A program made the position numbers and the translations under genes. Below, in pieces: positions 7,716 through 14,006 of a stretch of DNA of 20,553 nt. The stretch lies in the IMG/VR virus record IMGVR_UViG_3300042889_002176, positions 1 to 20,553 of that record; one strand, given 5' to 3'. The notes beneath the pieces were generated by a model. It had not been told where the DNA came from. It saw only the letters and a program-made list of their open reading frames with translations, and made no database searches. Every line of letters begins with the position of its first letter. Within the stretch, counting starts at the first letter, position 1. Origin of the DNA: a virus (lineage: Duplodnaviria; Heunggongvirae; Uroviricota; Caudoviricetes).

Positions 7716-8204
7716 TTAAATGGGATAAATCAAGGCGTTTAATACTAGTTCGCTGTCGTACACACAATGTCTTTGCAAAACTTTCAACCCAACATTGCTA
7801 CGAATTATCTTGTCTTTGTAGTAACCAACATTAAAAACTTCGGTAGCGCCACGCGGTTTGGTTCTAAATACTGCATAGTTTGAAACCACGTTGTAAACAG
7901 TTTGGTTATTTTCTTGTGTAATATCTTTAAGAAGCCCAGCACCAATCACGTGCCTTGTGTAGTACGGTTGGTGAAAAATAGTATCGGTTACACCATAAAT
8001 GCGATCTTTCAACATATCCTTGCTACATAAATCAATCAACGCCAGTGGCAAGTTGCGGTCGTGATTTTCTCGAGATTGTACAACATACCGACAGTTATCT
8101 GTAAAAAAATCAATCCAGGTTGCAAAATCACCAGTGTCTAAGGACGATGCATAAGCAACATTGAGCTGGTCGAATTCAAATTGAAAATGAATTTTATCAA
8201 TCAT
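7716..8204 (-). CDS. nagH: Aromatic ring-hydroxylating oxygenase small (beta) subunit, salicylate 5-hydroxylase NagH-like
   Basis: SRENHDRNLPLALIDL.SKDMLKDRIYG..TIFHQPYYTRH, FNVGYYKD and C-terminal CVYDSELVLNALIYPI match the NagH pattern as recalled. ATGA overlap with nagG. Confidence 0.88.
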   Translation of the reverse strand: MIDKIHFQFEFDQLNVAYASSLDTGDFATWIDFFTDNCRYVVQSRENHDRNLPLALIDLCSKDMLKDRIYGVTDTIFHQPYYTRHVIGAGLLKDITQENNQTVYNVVSNYAVFRTKPRGATEVFNVGYYKDKIIRSNVGLKVLQRHCVYDSELVLNALIYPI

Positions 8205-9469
8205 ACGCCCATTATTTTCCTATAGTATTGATACATTCCTCGTATTAGAGTTTCAGTAATCATGTGATCTGTTTGCTCTATGTCTGCTCCGCCTAGTTCG
8301 GCCAGGGCCTGACTATCAACAGGTGCTTGATTAAATCCGTGTTGACTTAATTCTATCACTTCTCCGTCATCGGCACTGACAAATCCTGCAGGCCCAAATA
8401 AATTTGATTGATTCAATCTGCGCTCAGTTAGTTCTTTGCTGTCGTCCTTAAATCCAAAATGCGTCCAGGTAAATTCAAATTGGTTGTTGCCCTTAGGCAC
8501 AATGTGACGAGTGCTCATACTGTTTACTTGTTGCTGTATAATAACACTAGGAAACAATGTCAGCATAGTATTAGTAGGCATAATTTCATTATCTGAAAAT
8601 GGATCTTTGGTCGTCCACCATGCTTCTGTTTCAACATCAAGCAATCGCAGATCATTTAATTTCATTTTGGGTTTAAAACTTTCAACGCCCTTGGTCACTT
8701 CGTTTTCAACACCTTGATTGCCACGTATATTAAGCATAACTGCATGTCGACCAGTTTCGTCCTGCACCATACGACTTTTTTGATCAGCTCTAAATAATCC
8801 AAAGGTAACAAACCAGGTATGTAACAGCCCCGGATGATAAGGATCCTTGATATTTTCCATCATCAGTTTCCAGTTACCGGGTATCTGTTGTCTATTGTAG
8901 CCTAGTAACACTAGTTCTCGGCCTTTGAAAATGCGGTCAATCCATGGCATGATGCGCGGCCCAAAATATTCTTCTATTGATTCAGTTTTGTCGCTAAACG
9001 TAGCAAAGATCATTCCGTGCAGTGTTGCCACTCTTAGTTTGTTTAATCCGTGTTGCTCAATATCAAAATCCTTGGGCATTCCGCCCTTGATCTCACCATC
9101 TTTGTTTACACCGTGCTGAAACGGTAGGCTATGTAAGTCCCCGTTTAACTTGTAGCGCCACTGATGATACGGACATAAAAAATGTTTGGTATTGCCGTGA
9201 TTTTTTTGACAAAATTTAACTCCACGATGGGCACAACGATTTTCAAAAACATGAATGTTATCATCATGATCACGGCTAACAATTACTTCTCGTTCACCAA
9301 CCCAAGACAATTTAAAATCTCCTGCATTTGGGATCTCGCATGCTAAACCTACATACACCCAATGGGGTCCGTACCAGATTTGTTCTAATTCCTGTTGATA
9401 TATTTCAGGGTCGGTGTAAACCCAGTAAGGTATTTTGCTAGTATCGTTGCGTGGCCAAGACTTGGTCAT
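8201..9469 (-). CDS. nagG: Rieske aromatic ring-hydroxylating oxygenase large (alpha) subunit, salicylate 5-hydroxylase NagG-like
   Basis: Rieske ligands NRCAHRG and CPYHQW. Mononuclear Fe motif NWKLMMENIKDPYHPGLLHTWF and NLFGPAGFVSADDGEVIE. C-terminal DHMITETLIRGMY. These closely match recalled Ralstonia U2 NagG. Confidence 0.92.
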   Translation of the reverse strand: MTKSWPRNDTSKIPYWVYTDPEIYQQELEQIWYGPHWVYVGLACEIPNAGDFKLSWVGEREVIVSRDHDDNIHVFENRCAHRGVKFCQKNHGNTKHFLCPYHQWRYKLNGDLHSLPFQHGVNKDGEIKGGMPKDFDIEQHGLNKLRVATLHGMIFATFSDKTESIEEYFGPRIMPWIDRIFKGRELVLLGYNRQQIPGNWKLMMENIKDPYHPGLLHTWFVTFGLFRADQKSRMVQDETGRHAVMLNIRGNQGVENEVTKGVESFKPKMKLNDLRLLDVETEAWWTTKDPFSDNEIMPTNTMLTLFPSVIIQQQVNSMSTRHIVPKGNNQFEFTWTHFGFKDDSKELTERRLNQSNLFGPAGFVSADDGEVIELSQHGFNQAPVDSQALAELGGADIEQTDHMITETLIRGMYQYYRKIMGV

Positions 9470-10410
9470 TGTTTAATATTGATGTTGTATTTTTTAAGAC
9501 TATCTAAGTAGTTTGCACGATCGCTGTCAATTTGCTTTCGAAACTCTGGCAAACTTATCGTGTTCATTGGAATAAAATAGTTGTCAACTAGCGATTGTTG
9601 AACTGTTTGACTCGCTAACACATCTCTAACATCTTTTTCAAGTTGCAGTTTTAACGGTACTGGAACTTTTTTATTAACATAAAATGCCAACCAACTCTGC
9701 CCTATAATGTTTTTTCCGGTAGCTTCTCTTACAGTAGGAACATTAGGAAATCTTTGATCTCTTCGATTAGAAGCAATAGCAAGATAATGGATTTTGCCAG
9801 CTTGATACATGGCTCTACTAGAACCTAAACTAGCAAATCCAAATGCCAGTTCGCGATTGATAGTATCAATAAACCACTGCCCATAATCTTTGTATGGGAC
9901 GTGTGTAGCATTGCTGGCATACATACTACCAAATTCTGCACTAGTGATATGTCCAATGCTGCCAACGGCCCAGGAACCGTAAGTTGGATTTTTGTTAATT
10001 TCATTTTTTAGGTCGGCGATGTTTTGTATCTGTGGACTGGTAAACAATACCATGTCTGCGGTAAAAAAAGGAGCAAGTGGTTCCACGCCGGCTAATGACT
10101 CTTCGTTGTTATATAGAATCGGAAAAGAAACAATATCTCCTACCGAAAACAATGCAAGGGTATGCCCATCGGGCGACTCTTTGGCCAATTGACGTATGGC
10201 CACCAGACCAGAGCCGCCCGGTTTATTTTCAACAATTACTGATTTGCCCCATTTGTTAGACAACACTTCTGCAACACGGCGTAATTGTACATCGGGTCCA
10301 CTTCCGGCTGGTAAGCTGATAACAAATTTCACTGGTTTGTCAGGAAATGCACAGACTGGTAGTGAGAACAATAAAGTTAATGAAAAAATAATTTTTGATA
10401 GTAATTGCAT
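9466..10410 (-). CDS. Bug/TctC-family periplasmic carboxylate-binding protein
   Basis: Signal peptide ending VCA, then FPDKPVKFVISLPAGSGPD, VIVENKPGGSG, PDGHTL, HVPYK, RFPNVPTV. Confidence 0.92.
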   Translation of the reverse strand: MQLLSKIIFSLTLLFSLPVCAFPDKPVKFVISLPAGSGPDVQLRRVAEVLSNKWGKSVIVENKPGGSGLVAIRQLAKESPDGHTLALFSVGDIVSFPILYNNEESLAGVEPLAPFFTADMVLFTSPQIQNIADLKNEINKNPTYGSWAVGSIGHITSAEFGSMYASNATHVPYKDYGQWFIDTINRELAFGFASLGSSRAMYQAGKIHYLAIASNRRDQRFPNVPTVREATGKNIIGQSWLAFYVNKKVPVPLKLQLEKDVRDVLASQTVQQSLVDNYFIPMNTISLPEFRKQIDSDRANYLDSLKKYNINIKQ

Positions 10411-10412
10411 AA

Positions 10413-11960
10413 TTATGATACGATCCAGGGATTTTCGGTATGCTCAGAGAGCCTAGGAGCGTTGATTCTGAAATATTCTCTTAGAGCAGGCCTGCTTATT
10501 TTTCTAGCACCCATGAACTCTTGTTTGTCAAGATTTCTTGCTCGTTTTGAAATGTAAACGTTGCGATAACGTTGTCGAAACCAATTGTCTAATTCAGCTT
10601 CGGCAGTGGGGTTGCTGGACCATATGGCCAAATACACTTGTTGTTCTTCGTTGTCAACAACAATAGTAGCGCCTTCTTCGTTATTAATATTGAACAATTC
10701 GCTAACTTTAGTTTCAATTTCATGGTGCAGTATCCATTCATCGTTGATTCTGTAATCTGCTCCTCGTCCCAAGAAGTAATATTTTCCGTCACGTAACTCA
10801 AACTTGTCGTGACTGGTCTTCCATTCAGTACTACCTATCCCGGAAATCTGTATGTAAAGACTTTGATCTTGAAGATCAAAATCAAAGAAATTGTCTAATT
10901 TTGGACCAATGCAATTTGGTTCATACGCATCTAGAGGTACGCTGCAATCTACGTTCTTGACCAAAAACCCATAGCCGATCGTGGTGTCACCAAATACACT
11001 TTTGATTGAACTTACATTTTTTTCTTTGGCCAAAGATATAATATCTTTGGGACAATAATATAGTGTAGTAACATCAACAGGATGTTGCAGTACAGACGTG
11101 GTGTTCAACCAATTTGTTAGTTTGGATGGTGTGTATAAAAACAGTTTATTGATTTGTTTTTCAATTATAAAATCTGACAATTTTTTTAAATCAGCTTCGC
11201 TTACAAAGTGTGAATTCAAGATCCACTGATGCTTGGCTATCATCATGCTGGGCAAAAAGTGATAACAGGCGCTGGCTCCGTGATGCAGATTATTTGTATG
11301 CAATGACGAGGTTCCAGGTTGAAAGTTTAGATGTTTACACAATCTCTGTGCTTGCAGTACTACAGAGTTATGATCAATGCGTTGTTGTTTTGGAACACCG
11401 GTGGTGCCACTGGTAGCAGTCCATATTGCCTGACTATGTGGCGTGGCGTACACCGTTGACGCTACTTCTTTAAAACGTAAGTGATCAACAATTTGATAGT
11501 TGTCAAAATCTTTTTCGGTGATGATTTGATTACAGTGCAATTCGGTACGCAATACGTCCCACTTCGAGTAAAAATTGTTGTCTGATGGGTCTAACTGTTT
11601 GCTGTACACAATAGCATAGTCGATCTTGCCGTGAATAGAAAAAACTTTGCTATGGCACATCTGTTCGGAGTTGGCGTGAACCCAATCCACAATCAGTGTT
11701 AGACCGAGTTCCCAGGCAGCATAGATTGCTGAAAAATAATAGATATTTGTGAGATTGAACTCTATCATCACAGTCTTGCCCGGTTGAGCATGATATCTTT
11801 CAACCAACATGTATTTCCAATAATCGATCATATCGCATAATTGATGGTAATTAAAAGTTGTTATTTCGTTAGATTTAACTTCCCATTGATGTATAAGAAC
11901 TTCTGGATTGATACAATGTCGTGATAGTACGTTGGTTATAGTATTTGGTAAATTAATCAT
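10413..11960 (-). CDS. Divergent ANL-superfamily adenylate-forming enzyme (acyl/aryl-CoA ligase-like)
   Basis: A3 P-loop TSGTTGVPK, A5-like FGDT, A7/A8-like WKTSHD...YFLGRGAD...EIE, A10-like RKISRPALR. Confidence 0.8.
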   Translation of the reverse strand: MINLPNTITNVLSRHCINPEVLIHQWEVKSNEITTFNYHQLCDMIDYWKYMLVERYHAQPGKTVMIEFNLTNIYYFSAIYAAWELGLTLIVDWVHANSEQMCHSKVFSIHGKIDYAIVYSKQLDPSDNNFYSKWDVLRTELHCNQIITEKDFDNYQIVDHLRFKEVASTVYATPHSQAIWTATSGTTGVPKQQRIDHNSVVLQAQRLCKHLNFQPGTSSLHTNNLHHGASACYHFLPSMMIAKHQWILNSHFVSEADLKKLSDFIIEKQINKLFLYTPSKLTNWLNTTSVLQHPVDVTTLYYCPKDIISLAKEKNVSSIKSVFGDTTIGYGFLVKNVDCSVPLDAYEPNCIGPKLDNFFDFDLQDQSLYIQISGIGSTEWKTSHDKFELRDGKYYFLGRGADYRINDEWILHHEIETKVSELFNINNEEGATIVVDNEEQQVYLAIWSSNPTAEAELDNWFRQRYRNVYISKRARNLDKQEFMGARKISRPALREYFRINAPRLSEHTENPWIVS

Positions 11961-11963
11961 ATA

Positions 11964-12980
11964 TTATAGAGTCTGATAGATCTTCAACAGCAATTTGTTA
12001 TCGTAGAATTCTGATTCGATGTTGGTGATCTGATCTGTGACGATCTGATCTACTGATTCAAATTTGACTTCACCTGGCGCAAGGTCTTCGCCTACCTCAG
12101 ATGTCTTGTTTGGAATCAGGGCCATTTCACGCAGATCATAATCCCGAATAAACGTTTCTTTGATAAAGTTGGCTTCTTCGTAGCTGATCTCGATGTCAAG
12201 ATTCACACGCACATGCATCTTGGGCGCCAGCAAAGCAGCAGCATTATCAATCAAGTTGGCCAGTCCATACACCCGATACCTGGGCTGATCTGGCCAAGCA
12301 TGAAATTCAGGTTCCCGGCCCCATTCCAGGATCATCATGCCGCGATCATCGTCTCCGGCATCTGCATAGTTGTGCGGAAAACAGTTGCCAATGTAGGTGA
12401 TATTCTTTTTGGTTTGACGCTTGTGAAAATGGCCGGTGAACACATGTTCAAACCCGGTGAAGTCTTCTCGTTGCACCTCGCCGTGATCGGGCATTTCGAT
12501 CTGTGCATTCATCAAGTAACCGGGCAGTTCAAAGTGCCCAAACATGTACTTGCCGGTTAGTTTGGGTATGCGTTTATGATCGTCGGCACACAACCACGGA
12601 GCAATAGTAACATTGCCGTCGCTAAACCAATCGTTACATATAGTAACATTTGAAAGATGTTTGGCCCACTCCACACTTTGAATATCACGTTTGTCCCGAT
12701 AATACAAATCGTGATTACCAGGAATAAAATACACCTGTTCAAAGTTGTCATTCATATGTTCCAAGGCTTGTAGGCTGTAGTTCAGCGTGACAATGTTTAG
12801 ACTGGCACGATTGTTGTGCCAGTCACCTAGGAACATGCAGGTTTCGCAGCCCTGTTCCTGGGCCTTGGCCGTGGCCCATTTCACAAAGTTCAGGCAGTCT
12901 TCGTTGTGAAGTTGACTGTTTGATTTGAGTCCAAAGTGGATGTCAGTAAAGACGGCTGCTTTTTTAAATAGATTACTCAT
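11964..12980 (-). CDS. gp47: Mre11/SbcD-like recombination nuclease, T4 gp47 homolog
   Basis: Metallophosphoesterase motifs FTDIHFG, FLGDWH, PGNHD, FGHFE, FTGHFH. Confidence 0.95.
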   Translation of the reverse strand: MSNLFKKAAVFTDIHFGLKSNSQLHNEDCLNFVKWATAKAQEQGCETCMFLGDWHNNRASLNIVTLNYSLQALEHMNDNFEQVYFIPGNHDLYYRDKRDIQSVEWAKHLSNVTICNDWFSDGNVTIAPWLCADDHKRIPKLTGKYMFGHFELPGYLMNAQIEMPDHGEVQREDFTGFEHVFTGHFHKRQTKKNITYIGNCFPHNYADAGDDDRGMMILEWGREPEFHAWPDQPRYRVYGLANLIDNAAALLAPKMHVRVNLDIEISYEEANFIKETFIRDYDLREMALIPNKTSEVGEDLAPGEVKFESVDQIVTDQITNIESEFYDNKLLLKIYQTL

Positions 12981-13893
12981 CTAGTGAGTTTACTACATCG
13001 TCTAGACTACTCACAACCGGTCCGGACATGGCAGCCATGCTTTTGCTTCCGGAGTTTTGCCGAGTCCAGGATGGGTTCAGACCATTGATCTCCAGGATGT
13101 CATCACGGATGTTTTGATTTTTCTTTTCAATGTTCAGGATGCGAGTAAAGCTGTTGGTGATGGCAGCGGTGTAGTAAGCAAAGGGATTTTGACTTTTGCT
13201 TTCATCAAACTGTAGTCCAATCTGTGATAACTGTAGCAGTGCTTGTCCCCGCATTTCTTCGTTGTAGGTGTAGCCGCGCCAGTTTGATCTAGTGGCATAG
13301 CGTTCACACAGTTTCATAAACATCATGGCCAATTTACGAGTCATGTTGCCATGATCTCTGCAGAATTCACCTGTGGCCAAGTCGCCCTTCCAGTGACTGC
13401 GACCCACCATGAATGTGGTTTTGTCTTCATTTAATCGATAGTGTTCAAATGGTGGAAAGTTCAGTCTCACATGATTCATGTCCAGCACAGGCTCATCGAT
13501 CAGGTCGGCCAATGGGTCATCTTCGGTGACATCATCCAGATCTAGAATTTCTTCTAGCTTGCGTTTTTTGGCTTCGGCTTTGGTGATCTTTTTGGGAGCC
13601 ATGGGAATATGATCCCATGCAGTGATACGAAACACCAGATCGGTGTTGGCAATCTTTTTCTGATCAATCACTTGACCGGTTTCTCGTTTGATACGGTCTG
13701 CTCGTGCCTTGCGAGCTTCCACAATAGTGCGCTGGTTGATCTTGTCAACAGTGGGCAAAATAAGATCGTATTGATGGTCGAGGTCTCGGTCTCGGTACCA
13801 GCAGTAGGTGTTTTTGCTGGCATGTATTTCTTTGAGGATATCTCTGTTGTTGAGATAGTTAACGCGGGGAGCTGCTTTGGGTAGTAAAGACAT
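12973..13893 (-). CDS. gp55: T4 gp55-like late-transcription sigma factor
   Basis: KLCERYATRSNWRGYTYNEEMRGQALLQL...FDESKSQNPFAYYTAAITNSFTRIL resembles the gp55 core (NFSGY..EM....NFDE.K..NP.AY.T..C.NAF). Lies directly upstream of gp47. Confidence 0.85.
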   Translation of the reverse strand: MSLLPKAAPRVNYLNNRDILKEIHASKNTYCWYRDRDLDHQYDLILPTVDKINQRTIVEARKARADRIKRETGQVIDQKKIANTDLVFRITAWDHIPMAPKKITKAEAKKRKLEEILDLDDVTEDDPLADLIDEPVLDMNHVRLNFPPFEHYRLNEDKTTFMVGRSHWKGDLATGEFCRDHGNMTRKLAMMFMKLCERYATRSNWRGYTYNEEMRGQALLQLSQIGLQFDESKSQNPFAYYTAAITNSFTRILNIEKKNQNIRDDILEINGLNPSWTRQNSGSKSMAAMSGPVVSSLDDVVNSLDE

Positions 13894-13921
13894 AGTTGTC
13901 GGAATCTCCTAATGTGTACTT

Positions 13922-13949
13922 ATTGTAGCACTTTCGCAACAGTTGTCAA
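13922..13949 (-). promoter_or_regulatory. Sigma70-type promoter for the gp55-gp47 transcript
   Basis: - strand TTGACA (13944-13949), 16-nt spacer, extended -10 TGC-TACAAT (13922-13927). AT-rich upstream region and AGGAG at 13906-13910. Confidence 0.8.
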
Positions 13950-13980
13950 CCTTTTTATAAACTACATGGTTTATTTTTTG

Positions 13981-14000
13981 GGTAAATAAGGTATAGGAAA
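13981..14000 (+). promoter_or_regulatory. T4 late-promoter-like TAAATA box plus ribosome-binding site for the baseplate operon
   Basis: GGTAAATA at 13981-13988 (T4 late consensus TATAAATA) and AGGAAA at 13995-14000, ahead of the ATG at 14007. Confidence 0.55.
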
Positions 14001-14006
14001 ACAATC

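Noticed and set aside
5589-12980. Bacterial chromosome with sbcCD and a catabolic island
   Set aside because: The nuclease and ATPase are linked to gp55 and baseplate genes, and there is no regulator, integrase, IS element or tRNA attachment site around the cargo. A chimeric assembly cannot be fully excluded without reads.
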